From the NCBI GenBank assembly GCA_951406725.2, contig OX597838.1:40052001-40116000 (forward strand): a DNA stretch of 64,000 nucleotides, read 5' to 3'. Positions 43,058-55,599 of the stretch are shown here, one piece after another. Every line of letters starts with the position of its first letter. The stretch's first letter is position 1. The notes under the pieces were generated by a model, which saw nothing but the letters and a program-made list of their open reading frames with translations, searched no databases and was not told the origin of the DNA. The DNA comes from Octopus vulgaris. Lineage: Eukaryota. Both the position numbers and the translations under genes were made by a program.

Positions 43058-45460
43058 ATGTATACCCATCCCTTTGACACTCAATTCTTCAACGTATGCG
43101 ACAAAACTTACTGCATGAACCGAATTTATCCAACAACATTACCCTTCAACAAAAGGGTATACATCCCAAGACGTACTAATGACCACATGGAAGCACAGTT
43201 CACTATAGCTAGGACCAAACTTAGACAGATTTTAGGTTTATACATTAAGAGACAGAGACAGAATAAGACAGATGCCCAACAACTAGGGATTAAACCTGCA
43301 TGTGGCCTACAGAAGCTCATTCAGCGCACGAGGAACGGAGAGGTGATATGCCTTCCCACGGATAAGTCCGGCAGGATGTCAATAGACAGCTTACCGAACT
43401 ACATCCAGGCAATGCAACCTCATATCGCCAATACAAAAGTAACAACTGTACAGGCGCATGAGGAGAGAGAAAAGGTCCTCAATGCCCACATGATGATGTG
43501 GACAATTGTTCTGGGACCTCAGAAACGTACTGCAAAGAATTTCCAAGCCTGGAACAATGATATCCCGGCACTGTATGGACTTCGCAAGGACCATAAAGGT
43601 TTTACTGACCCTATAGCAGGACCACCAACAAGACCAGTCTGTGGAGCGAATATCGCTAGCAATTACAGAATCTCCTACTTCCTCTCAATGATCATACGCC
43701 CTATAATCAGGATGTCACCTGATGTATGTGACAGCACAGAAGATCTCCTAAGCAGGATCAGTGACTGTAACAAAACTTGTGACTTGACAGGATGTATAGT
43801 AGGTAGCATGGATGTGGTATCCCTATACCCATCGATTGACGTAGATTTTGCAGTGGAGAAGTGCGTGGAGATGATCAACGAGAGCCAGGTGGAGTTCTGT
43901 AATGTCGACACAGAAGAACTGGGCCTCCTACTTAGACTGACATATAATAGTGAATACTTAGATAAACATAATCTTAGTAGTTTCTGCCCCAGTAGATGTT
44001 TAAGAGGTAGACCGCCTACAATTACTTCTATGGCTAGGAAGATACATATAGAAAGATGGCGCGGATGGACCAGAGCCATACGGAGCCCCGCAAATGTCCA
44101 TCAGGTAAAGAAAATGATCGCACATGCACTAGGAGCTAGTATAAGAGTTACCCTAAAAGGCCACACATTTAAATTTAATAATAAAATATATGCCCAGGAC
44201 GAGGGGGCAGCCATCGGTGTTAGTATCGCTGGTGATGTGGCCAACCTCTTCATGGTATGGTGGGACAGAAGGCTTAAAGAATGCCTACTGCAGAAATCCA
44301 TACTCGTAAACATGTACTCTCGCTATGTTGATGATATCAATATAGTAGTAAAGGCACCCCCACAAGAGAGTACGGTTGATATAGTAATAGAAACTAATAC
44401 TATGGAGAGCATCCAGCAAATAGCTAACTCCATCCACCAGAGTATTAAGGTCACAATAGACTACCCCACTAAACACCCCAACCATAGACTACCAGTACTA
44501 GACACTGAACTCTGGCTAGAAATTGTGAAAAATAAAACCCAAATCCTTCATTCATACTATGCAAAACCTATGGCCTCAAAATACCTGATCCACCGGAACT
44601 CAGCCATTGCGGGCAATGCCAAATTCAATATTTTGATGGCAGACCTCGTCAGAATAATGAGAAATGTGTCACGCATGTGCGAGCCTACAGAATTAAAGAG
44701 ACACATACAGTATTTCATTCACCGCATGCAGTTCTCAGGTTACAGCCATAAAGAAAGGATCAGAGTATACAAAGGAGCCATGAAGAAATTTGATAATATA
44801 TTATGTAATGATAGGAATGGGATTTGCCCACTCTATAGGAACAAGTCATGGAACACTATAGAAAGGACAAAAAAGAAAATAAGGAAGGCCAACTCTTGGT
44901 ATGATAGCCATAAATACCAGAGTGTCATGTTCGTTGACACCACCCCTGGAGGTGAACTAGCGTACCGCTTTAGAAGGACCCTAGATAAACTTAAACTAAG
45001 AATTAAGGTTGTTGAAAAGCCAGGCAACCCTATCAGATCTATAATTGGTAGAACCTATCCTTTTAGTAGAACTCTCTGTACGGATAACTATTGCACTGTA
45101 TGTAGATTTAGCCCACAAACGAACTGTAAAGCCAGAAATGTGGTCTATAGTATAAGATGTATAGAGGGACGATGCAGTAACAAGACAGTAACATACGTAG
45201 GGGAAACTGCAAGAAGCATTGGTGAGCGGGGGAATGAACATTGGAGACAACTCAAGGAAGGTAAAAGCTCATCGATTCTGTACCAACACGCCGAACAAGA
45301 ACACGGGGGATCAATCAATAACATAGAGATTAAGATATTGTCCACACATAGAACAGATGCAACAATTAGACAAATTACAGAAGCTACACATATAATAGAA
45401 AATAAACCTAGCCTGAATAGAAAACTAGAATGGAGCAATAGCGCACACCACAACATATGA
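43058..45460 (+). CDS. Intact PLE polyprotein: reverse transcriptase + Cys linker + GIY-YIG endonuclease (800 aa from ATG; frame open from ~42860)
   Basis: [69 protein letters not shown]...[26 protein letters not shown]; no stops. Confidence 0.95.
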   Translation: MYTHPFDTQFFNVCDKTYCMNRIYPTTLPFNKRVYIPRRTNDHMEAQFTIARTKLRQILGLYIKRQRQNKTDAQQLGIKPACGLQKLIQRTRNGEVICLPTDKSGRMSIDSLPNYIQAMQPHIANTKVTTVQAHEEREKVLNAHMMMWTIVLGPQKRTAKNFQAWNNDIPALYGLRKDHKGFTDPIAGPPTRPVCGANIASNYRISYFLSMIIRPIIRMSPDVCDSTEDLLSRISDCNKTCDLTGCIVGSMDVVSLYPSIDVDFAVEKCVEMINESQVEFCNVDTEELGLLLRLTYNSEYLDKHNLSSFCPSRCLRGRPPTITSMARKIHIERWRGWTRAIRSPANVHQVKKMIAHALGASIRVTLKGHTFKFNNKIYAQDEGAAIGVSIAGDVANLFMVWWDRRLKECLLQKSILVNMYSRYVDDINIVVKAPPQESTVDIVIETNTMESIQQIANSIHQSIKVTIDYPTKHPNHRLPVLDTELWLEIVKNKTQILHSYYAKPMASKYLIHRNSAIAGNAKFNILMADLVRIMRNVSRMCEPTELKRHIQYFIHRMQFSGYSHKERIRVYKGAMKKFDNILCNDRNGICPLYRNKSWNTIERTKKKIRKANSWYDSHKYQSVMFVDTTPGGELAYRFRRTLDKLKLRIKVVEKPGNPIRSIIGRTYPFSRTLCTDNYCTVCRFSPQTNCKARNVVYSIRCIEGRCSNKTVTYVGETARSIGERGNEHWRQLKEGKSSSILYQHAEQEHGGSINNIEIKILSTHRTDATIRQITEATHIIENKPSLNRKLEWSNSAHHNI

Positions 45461-45795
45461 CAATAGTGGATCCTGCAAACATAATAAATACACAGGTAAT
45501 TAAAGAAATAGAAATGAATATCTATGTGTATGTATATGTGTATATGTATGTATATGTATGTGTGTATATATGTGTGTATATATGTATATATGTATATGTA
45601 TATGTATGTGTATGTATATATATATATATATATATGTATATGTATATTCTTTTTTTTTTTTTTTTTTTCTCGATTAGATTTATTATTATTATTACTAATA
45701 TTGTTGTTATACATACATACAAGCATATGTAATGATAATAATGGGTGGATGTAAACACATGAACAAAATTAGAACAAAAGCAACAACAACAAAAA

Positions 45796-45847
<52 letters not shown>

Positions 45848-45990
45848 AGAGACACAAGTAAGTGAGAAGAAAACACGTGATCAAATAAGATTAAGATTAA
45901 TGTAAAAAATAAATATCACTGTGATAACACCAAATATATAGTGCGTGTGTTTTTATTGGCTAAACTGGCAATATGACCATTCCGAAATAT

Positions 45991-46037
<47 letters not shown>

Positions 46038-46044
<7 letters not shown>

Positions 46045-46148
46045 ATCACGTGATCGACCAGACCATCAGATGTTACACATCGCTGGTCACAAAGCTTTCG
46101 CATTGTTTTAGCCTTCGAATGACGCCACCCCGCTGGCTAAGCGAGCAG

Positions 46149-46152
<4 letters not shown>
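46038..46152 (-). mobile_element. Isolated SINE-B type-2 tail within (TA)n
   Basis: Matches 5653-5771. Confidence 0.85.
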
Positions 46153-46219
<67 letters not shown>

Positions 46220-46290
46220 ATAAAAACTTACTTGGAGAAGAGAAAACAACGCGTGGGATTTAGTCATATAATAACAATTTAATAAATAAA

Positions 46291-46777
46291 ACATGTGCAT
46301 ATATACATACATATATGTACATACCTACATCTATATGTATATATACATGCACATATATATATATATATGCATGCATATATATATGAGTACGGACACCACA
46401 AATAAACGTAGAACACAACGAGAAACGAAAACATAAAATCAAACAAGGAAACGGACTTTTATTAACAACGAAAAAACAGAGTTCAGGACAAACAATACAA
46501 GGAAAATTCCCCTTCATCAGCTGCCCCTGTTTTGACTCAATGCGTGTTTCGAAGGTAGTCGAAGCAGGGGCAGCTGATGAAGGGGAATTTTCCTTGTATT
46601 GTTTGTCCTGAACTCTGTTTTTTCGTTGTTAATAAAAGTCCGTTTCCTTGTTTGATTTTATGTTTTCGTTCCTCGTTGTGTTCTACGTTTATTTGTGGTG
46701 TCCGTACTCATATATATATATGCATGTATATATACATATAGATGTAGGTATGTACATATATGTATGTATATATGCAC

Positions 46778-46781
<4 letters not shown>
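46291..46781. repeat. ~490-bp fold-back (arms ~220-240 bp, ~35-nt loop) of a dispersed family also at 47460-47900 and 50880-51350
   Basis: 46291-46529 is the reverse complement of 46565-46781 apart from a short indel and rare substitutions. Confidence 0.92.
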
Positions 46782-46824
<43 letters not shown>

Positions 46825-47279
46825 CATACATATGTTTATATTTATATGTTGTTTGTACATATATATATATATATAAATATATATCCTTATATGTATGTAT
46901 ATAATATATACATACATGTGTGTGTGTGAGTGTGTTTCTGTGTGTGCCTCCCTTAACAACCGTTGTTTATGTCATCCTAACTTAGTAGCGGTTCAGTTAA
47001 GAGATCGATATAATAAATGCAAGACTTTGAAAAAAATAAGTATTTACATCGATTTCTTCGACTAAAATCCCTTCAAGGAGGTGCTCCAGCATGGTCATTC
47101 TCAAATTACTTAAACAAGTAACATAAGAGACATGCAATCATACATACATACATACATACATACATACATACATACATACATACATACATACATACATAAT
47201 CACTAAATCATCCATAACTTTTGTGTTATCCTCTCAAATTACACCAAAATCTCAGGCAATAACAAATAATATCGTATTT

Positions 47280-47377
47280 ATTGTTTGTGAAAATTATAGA
47301 ATATAAAACAACTTTGATAAAAAATCATATCTACTTTTCTGACGAAAACAATGCCGCTCTGAACATTTTGGCCGCAA

Positions 47378-47382
<5 letters not shown>
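47280..47382 (-). mobile_element. Tc1-like terminal fragment
   Basis: Minus strand starts TA-cagttgcggccaaaatg, a Tc1-type terminus, next to (TA)n. Confidence 0.45.
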
Positions 47383-47462
<80 letters not shown>

Positions 47463-48466
47463 ATAAATAAAATATATGCATGCATACAAACATATATGTA
47501 CGTACCTACATCTACATGTATATATACATGCATATATAAATATATATACGTGAGTACAGGACACTGCAACTAGACGTAGAACTCAACGAAAAACGAAAAC
47601 GGACAAGCCATATTTTTACAACAAAAAAACAGAGACGAAACGAAAACGGGAAAAACAGTATATTTTACAACAGAAAAACAAGGTACAGGACAAACCACAC
47701 AGGAAAAATCCCCAGTTCATCAGCTGTTTCTAGCTAACTCAAGCGTGTTTCGAAGGATAAAACAGGACACGACTCGTCAACTAGCGAGAGAATTAAAATA
47801 AAATTGCCTCGCATAGGGGCAAAAACAGACAAGAAAAACATGTGACAAAAACAGGACATAAAAACGATACAAATGCAAAATAAAATAAAATACAAGATAA
47901 AGATACACGTACAAGAAAATACAAAACGAGAAATAAAAAGAAAATACAATACGAAAAATCAAAAGGCAAGAAAACAAACGAGAAAAACAAAACGAAAAGG
48001 CCTTTGTTTGGCAAGACGAGGATGTTGTAGTAGCAGCGCAAGGGAACACGTCCTTTCAGCTTGAAAGCAGGAGGCGAAAGGAAGTGGCGAAGATGAGGAA
48101 GAGAGAGGGAGAGGGAGAGAGATAGAAGAAGAGAAGCGGCAAGAGAGAGAAGGGGAAGAGTGAGCAAGAGAGAGTTTTTACGTCCTGTCAGAAGAACTAG
48201 GTCTTACTACTATTCACCCTTAATATTGCAAACCAGCTTTTAACAAGCTAGCCTTTTATCATTTTCACTATTAATTATGTTTGTAAGTCCATACTTCATT
48301 GACTGTATAGGTTTAAAAATCTGCATTTACGATTTGCTCTATCTCCCATGTTCACAATATATATTTATATGTTCTTATTTATTGGTAAGTGAAAATTAAT
48401 CTAGGTTTGTACTTATTTGCTATCTTTTACTTTTTTAGTTTTTGTTTATTCTAATTGTAAGCAGTT

Positions 48467-48669
48467 ACTCTTTTACTCTTTACTCTTTTACTTGTTTCAG
48501 TCATTTGACTGCGGCCATGCTGGAGCACCGCCTTTAGTCGAGCAAATCGACCCCGGGACTTATTCTTTGTAAGCCCAGTACTTATTCTATCGGTCTCTTT
48601 TGCCGAACCGCTAAGTGACGGGGACGTAAACACACCAGCATCGGTTGTCAAGCAATGCTAGGGGGACAA

Positions 48670-48700
<31 letters not shown>

Positions 48701-48867
48701 CATATATACGACAGGCTTCTTTCAGTTTCCGTCTACCAAATCCACTCACAAGGCATTGGTCGGCCCAAAGCTATAGCAGAAGACACTTGCCCAAGATGCC
48801 ACGCAGTGGGACTGAACCCGCAACCATGTAGTTGGTTAGCAAGCTACTTACCACACAGCCACTCCTG
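48467..48867 (-). mobile_element. SINE-A copy
   Basis: Similarity to the other copies. Confidence 0.9.
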
Positions 48868-50001
48868 TTATTTTAATATAATTTAATATAAGTTATTTTA
48901 ATATATTTAGAAACATTATTTGATAGTTTGTGTTCTTACTTATACTTGTCTATTTAATTAATGATATCGATGTATGATTCTTTTTTATCATACACACAGT
49001 GTTTGTTTTTATCTAAAATCATTTAGATACAAAGAAAGTATATTTATCTTTAAGAAATAGTGTTTACTTTAATTAAATTCATTTGAGTTCAATAAATGTA
49101 TATTTTTAATTTTATGAGCAAACAATATTGGTATAATTTATTTAGATATATTAGATCATTCTCCTATTTATTAATGGTATAGAAGTGTGCGTGCGTGCGT
49201 GCGTGCGTGCGTGCGTGTGTGTGTGTATGTGTGTAGTAAATGAAAGACTGAAAATGGAATATACGATGAATATCATATTCACTGTGCTTGCTTCTCAAGC
49301 ACATGGTTCCGGATTCAGTTCCACTCAGAATATTACTATCGTGAGTCGAATATCCCGAGCCTCTAAACCACGCGCCTTCACGATATTTCAAGAATCCTAC
49401 ACGCATTTATATGTACTTTAGCAAGATGCAGTTGGAATGAATTTGAGCAACCGTTAACATAATTTACTTTGAGGTATGGATTAATTAAGTTTATCTTTAA
49501 CCTCCCCATTCTTATAAACACCAAGTAGCTATTTAGCTCGCTTTGTGATCGTGAGTGCACCAAACCACACTCATGCGTATTCCTACATTTTCGCGGTTGC
49601 TTGTATGAGCGAGTGTACTCGCGCCATGCAGCTTGTGTGAGGACGTTCATACTTCCATGTCTCTTAACGGTTATTTTTAATACTTTTCTCGCTGTATTGT
49701 GTATTCGCTTCTTTTTTGCATCTGTGAATTTATTTTTGATCTTCTACATAAATGAAGATATTTCCTTCGTTTTGCTGCTTTTCTTTCGGCAAAATGAAAA
49801 GATACGTTGGGGAAATTATTTTAACGCGTTGCATCTATTTATCACCCGATGAAAGATGTCAACACCACCGGCTGCTCTTGTACAAGCTGTTAAGTGTCGC
49901 ACCCCTGAGGGATCGATGCTAGATGTGTCGAACCAATTGTGATTAATAATAAAATTTCTCGTATATTCCATTTTCGATCTTTCCTTTAATATATGATAGA
50001 T

Positions 50002-50171
50002 CGTTAGCTCCTACACGCATTTTTTTCTCTCCTTGTTTTTTTTCTGTGTATCTTTCTGTCGAAGAGCGTAGGCTCGAAACGTAAAAGACTTGTTCTATTT
50101 CTATTCCTGAGTGCCATACTAATACATTTGTTTGTTTGTACTCTTTTGTTTATTTTCGTACACCTTCCCGT

Positions 50172-50172
<1 letters not shown>
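50002..50172 (+). mobile_element. Short PLE-terminus-like element with HHR-like fold at 50051-50088; inverted relative at 51484-51712 (fold at 51615-51652)
   Basis: tcttt CTGTYGA a gagc gtag gctc GAAA cg TH aaaga in both copies; both end in (TA)n. Confidence 0.7.
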
Positions 50173-50202
<30 letters not shown>

Positions 50203-50239
50203 GATTCACGAGTGAATATACATACATACATACATACAG

Positions 50240-50298
<59 letters not shown>

Positions 50299-50301
<3 letters not shown>

Positions 50302-50500
50302 GAGTTGTGCTGAAAGTTTCCTTGCTTTGGGTAAAAGAAAATACAAGAGGTTCAGATAATTATGATTTTATTCAATATATTCCCCTCTCAGATTCACACA
50401 ATTATTGCGGTGGTCCTTCAGTTTTTCTAAGCCTTGTAAAAGAACTCGGAAAATCGAGTCTCCAACCGGGCCATTCACGACACTCTTAAAGCCAGGACTC
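50299..50500 (-). mobile_element. Mariner 3' fragment with TIR
   Basis: TA-cgagttgtgctgaaagttt terminus; decayed C-terminal transposase on the minus strand. Confidence 0.6.
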
Positions 50501-50809
50501 CCCTTCGTTTACACTATGTAGTAAGTATTGAGTAATTCTTCAGTTTAATCCAAATTGTCAGCAGCAGTTTCTGCTTACTAAGTTCACTTGTATGGTATTG
50601 TTAGCCCTGGGGCTAAAGTAGTAGAAAGATACTCGCAGAGGAACGGAACCACAAACCAAGCATTTGCGAAGCGAGCTTCTTAGCACTACAGCGACGTCTC
50701 TTATACAATATTTGTGCATCTTAATGTGTGTACACATGTTTACCATGTTTACACATACACACACACTCACTTCTGTGTCTATACTGGTGCGTGTATGCGT
50801 GTGTGTGTG

Positions 50810-50870
<61 letters not shown>

Positions 50871-50938
50871 ATATATAATTTTATAAATAAAATATATGCA
50901 TACATATATGTACGTACCTACATCTACATGTAATATAC

Positions 50939-51001
<63 letters not shown>

Positions 51002-51390
51002 TACAGGACACCACAAATAGACGTAGAACACAACAAGAAACGAAAGCATAAAAACAACTAGGAAACGGACTTTTTTTAACAACGAAAAAACAGAGTACAA
51101 GACAAACAATACAAGGAATATTCCCCTTCATCAGCTGTCCCTGGATCGACTCAATGCGTGTTTCGAAGGTAAGGAAAGAACACGACCCGTCGAACCAGTC
51201 CTTCCTGCGAAAGAATTAAATAAAATTCCTTTGCAGAGGGGTAAAAACAAGGAAAGAAAAAAATGTGACAAGAACAGGACGTAAAAGCAATACAGATAAA
51301 AATACAAAAAATACAGTACACATAAAGAATAAAAACAGGACAAAGAAACCAACATTGAGGGCCTTATATATACACATACATACATATATT

Positions 51391-51486
<96 letters not shown>

Positions 51487-52051
51487 CGGGAAGCTTTATG
51501 AAAATAGACAAAAGACGAAGGCAGGTTTACGGAAATAAACAAAAGACGAAGGCAGGTGGAATACAAACAAACAATTGTATTAGTATGGCGCTCAGGAAAT
51601 ATAAATAAAACAAGTCTTTAACGTTTCGAGCCTACGCTCTTCAACAGAAAGATACACAGAGAAGAAACACAGAAAGAAGGAGAGAAAAAAATGCGTGCAG
51701 AGGCTAGCGAATCAACATGGCGATATATATGTACATGGCTCCTATATAACATCATAAATCAAAAAGCTACGCATTATAGCCAAAGGCTGGCAGTTTGTCT
51801 TCTTTTGATCTGACCAGTGAAGGGAAAAAAAGTCATTTACTTACAAACTTTACACACGGTTGTTTATGTGTTATTGGTGTCCTCGTTTTTATCTACCGTG
51901 CTGTCACTACACACCATCTGGTATCTAGTGTCGACCGAAGTTTTATAATTAAAATTTAGCAAACGGAAATTTGCAGAAGCTGGAACGTACAGCGGGGGAT
52001 GTTCCAATGCTTCAACCCTTGATAATTTTTCCTCTTCATATAAAAGTGTTC

Positions 52052-52471
52052 GGATCTTTTCGGTTTGAACGGCAGTTTTTAACATAATTTCTAGGTAACT
52101 AAAAAATTTTAAACTTCGTATACTGGTAGAATGTGTTTATAAAACATATTTTTCTCTTGGCTTTATTGAGAAAATTCTATGGTTTGTAAGATATTTGTTG
52201 TTGTTTTTTCTTCAATTTCTGCAATTTCAACCAATCAGTGACGTCTATTGAGATAAAAATACATTCTGTGCCGTATGAATATGTCCCTCGTTTAAGAAAC
52301 AGATTGGGTTTATTTACATTTGTGAAGAAAAAAAGCTACCCTCCCCCCCCTAACCTAACCGTAACCCTAAAACAGATTGAAATGCAATAGATCGATTCTA
52401 GGGTCATAATTATGGGTGACAATTTCATATGACACCGCTAGAAAAAACTGCCGTTCAAACCGAAAAGATCC
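52052..52471. mobile_element. MITE with 29-bp perfect TIRs and 8-bp TSD (Merlin-like)
   Basis: ggatcttttcggtttgaacggcagttttt / aaaaactgccgttcaaaccgaaaagatcc; aagtgttc at 52044-52051 and 52472-52479. Confidence 0.9.
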
Positions 52472-53717
52472 AAGTGTTCTTTCTCATCCAAACGACTGGC
52501 CCTTTACTTTAGAATCAGAAGATATTTCAGCCCCTTCTGCTTTACTAAATAACTGTCATTCTTCAAAGATTAGATGAGGTCTGCTGCACCGATTAGAACA
52601 AAGAAGGGGGGAATAATAAACTTCAATGCTGGTTCCTCGGTTAACTTTGTAGCTCTGCAGCAGACAAATGGCATAAAAAGAGATTGCAACTAACAGTGGA
52701 AGCTCTTGTATTTTAAAGCCTTCTGAAATATACATTAAGGCCTACTATGAAGCATTGCTTCTACAGCCGCGACAGCTCTTTCAAGAAAGTACCACTCTAC
52801 TGACCAGTGGACTTGTTGGTATAAAATCCTTTAATCACAAACATGCCCCTATGTCTGCTCCACAGTCGTACTGTGTTGTGCTCTTCCTATTTGTTCTATC
52901 GATTCTATAATGACCTGTGCTTCCAAGAAGCTGACCGGCTTCAGACCACTTACATTCAGGTATTTCTGACCCACCCATCTCTTCTCCTACCTTTACTCTT
53001 TGTTGTATTCAAGTTTGTCACTAGCTGCAACATCAAATCTTTGATTCTTGGGACGTTAGCTCACGATAACCCGGTTATGTGACGTTATGGCACATATGTT
53101 TCGTGCCACCTACTTGGTATCGTTGATTCGACGCTGACTTATTTGACATCAGATGTTTTAATGTTTCTCTAGTTCTCTACCTCTTCGTATCTCTTCCTCT
53201 CTGTCGTGCATCCTCCCTTTACATCTCTGTATGTATCTCTCTCCTTCTCTATTTATGCGTGCGATCATATTTCTCTTTTTGCGTAGGAGAGGAAAAGTGT
53301 TTATGTCAATCGTGTCCAATTTATAAACTGTAATATCTCACTCTCGTTCTATCATGCTGTATATGTCTGCACATACGAAGGTGGGTGCGCGTTTGTGTGT
53401 GTGTGTGTGTTTGCTTGCCCCTTGTGCCAAAATGCCCTGTCACCAAAACGAGCTGAGTGTACTGTTAGCCGTGTAAAATCGTCAGCACCCGAAAAGCTGC
53501 GCCCAGTCTGAAACGTCCCTCTCTTCTCCTGACTTGTTCGTTGCTATTTATTTACAATAATTAAAGAGGCACATTAATTCTCAGTAATATATTACCCTGG
53601 CAATTGGCAATAAAAGAAATGTCACATCTTTCACAATATCATAACTGCTTCAGAATACATTTAATATTTCAAGCGCAAAAAGCAAAATCGTTCGCTCACT
53701 GGAAAAATACTTAGCGA

Positions 53718-54085
53718 CGAATTGCGTAGCCGTATTTCCTCTGCCGTTACGTTCTGAGTTCAAATTCCGCTGAGGTCGACTTTTCCTTTCATCCTTTCGG
53801 GGTCGATTAATTAAGTACCAGTTACGCACTGGGGTCGATGTAATCGACTTAATACCTATGTCTGTCCTTGTTTGTCCCCTCTGTGTTTAGCCCCTTGTGG
53901 GTAATAAAGAAATAGGTATTTCGTCCGTGTTTTTTTTTTCTAAGTTCAAATTCCCCTGAGGTCGACTTTGCCTTTCGATCTTTTGGGGTCGATACAATAA
54001 GTACTAGTTGAACATTGGGGTCGATGTAGTCGACTTAACCTCGTCCCCGAAGTTTCTGGCCTTGCGGTAAAATTTGAAACCAGTA
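53718..54085 (+). mobile_element. SINE-C dimer
   Basis: Two cores; the first is followed by the ...gccccttgtgggtaataaagaaa tail. Confidence 0.8.
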
Positions 54086-54139
54086 TTTTAAGCGCATAAG
54101 AAGCGGTATGAGATGGCAGAAAATGCTTAGCGGTAAGGA

Positions 54140-54369
54140 GTTTCCTTCTCAAGTACATGGCACCTTGGGTAAGTCTTCTAATATAGACCCGGGAAGACCA
54201 AAGCCTTATGACCGAATTTGGTACACGGAAAGTGAAAGAACATATATATATATATATATGCGTGTGTGTTTGTCCCCTACCATCGACTGACTACTAGGGA
54301 CGTAAATGAACAAATATCTGTAGTCACTCGATGGTAGGGGAGAAACACATACACACACACATATATATA

Positions 54370-54439
<70 letters not shown>

Positions 54440-54592
54440 AACGATGGGCTTCTTACAGTTTCTGTCTGCCAAATCCACTCACAAGGCTTAGTAGAAAACA
54501 CTAACCCAAAGTACCACACAGTAGGACTGAACCCAAAACCCGGAACTATGTATTAGGAAACACGCTTCTTGCTACACAACCACGCCTGCGAC
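54140..54592. mobile_element. Two degenerate SINE-A pieces in opposite orientations
   Basis: ggcaccttgggtaagtcttcta (+) and caaatccactcacaaggc...cacgcctgcg (-). Confidence 0.6.
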
Positions 54593-54788
54593 ATTTAAAT
54601 TATATTATTTTTTATACATATTTTTCATCTCTCCCTGAGAAGTCTTAATGAATAGAAGGCTAAATGTTTAAGCACGATATGAATACAAATAGAATGGTAA
54701 GATGGAAGAGAAAACTGAAAGCGTGATACTATCATTATTGTATCTGCAGGACATAATTGTTGCTGTTGTAAGTATTGTTCATACATTG

Positions 54789-55000
54789 TTAAACAATGAT
54801 AACATTAAACGATGATAACATTAAACAATGTTAACATTATACAATGTTAACATTAAACAATGATAACATTAAACAATGTTAACACTAAACAATGTTAACA
54901 CTAAACAATGTTAACATTAAACAATGTTAACATTAAACAATGTTAACATTAAACAATGTTAACACTAAACAATGTTAACACTAAACAATGTTAACATTAA
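54789..55000. repeat. 16-bp minisatellite (ttaaacaatgttaaca), about 13 units
   Basis: Direct inspection; the unit junction forms the palindrome aatgttaacatt. Confidence 0.9.
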
Positions 55001-55037
55001 TACAAATGCAGGTATAATCACAATTATTATTATTATT

Positions 55038-55495
55038 ATGGTCGGCTGAAATGTTCATAGGCTGAGCAAGACCCTCTCATGGAATGGGACCAAATGAAGT
55101 TCATTTTTTAACATAGTTGCCATTACTGTCCATCAGTTGTTGGTTGGCACTGGTGAAGAAGCTTTCATCCTGTTGGTCAAAATAGTCATCAGCAGCAGAT
55201 ATGACATCCTCATCACAGTGATACTGGTGCCCAGGTGAGTGTTTTTCATGTTGAGAAACAGATGATAATTAGAAGGAACCAAATCACTAAAATAGGGAGG
55301 CTTCGAAGCCAGTCACACACAGCAGCCATTGAAACCAAGGACGTGTGTGCTGAAGCATCGTCCTAATGAAACAAGACCTCTCCCCATTCGTCAGTTTTCC
55401 TGGGCGCCTTGGTCTTGATAGCCTTTTGTAACTGCTTTAGCAAGTTTGCACTGAACTTCTCATTGTTGGTGCGATCATTTTGAAAATAGTCAATT
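55038..55495 (-). mobile_element. Decayed mariner transposase C-terminal half with terminal repeat
   Basis: IDYFQN..., VLFH*DDASAHTS, PYFSDLVPSNYHLF. Confidence 0.7.
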
Positions 55496-55599
55496 AACAC
55501 AATATTTTGCATGAATATATACTATACATAATAATGTGAAGTATATTTTGTATATTAAATTTCGGAAATTTATCAAGTGAAGCAGTTCTGTGGGGCATA

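Larger units (their letters stand above)
42358..45997 (+). mobile_element. Penelope-like element with inverted upstream pLTR (42409-42856) and discontinuous downstream pLTR (45700-45997)
   Basis: Blocks in 45700-45997 are reverse complements of blocks in 42409-42856; both ends abut (TA)n. Confidence 0.88.

Noticed and set aside
43058-45460. Selenocysteine recoding as reported for some Naiad PLEs
   Set aside because: No in-frame TGA inside the ORF; the terminal TGA follows the normal end of the GIY-YIG domain, and no SECIS was recognised
49900-49945. ctgaggg...gaac caattg tg possible hammerhead
   Set aside because: Multiple core changes and no convincing stem I; at best a very old relic
51840-52720. 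Possible minus-strand exon interrupted by the MITE
   Set aside because: In-frame stops and no recognisable protein similarity
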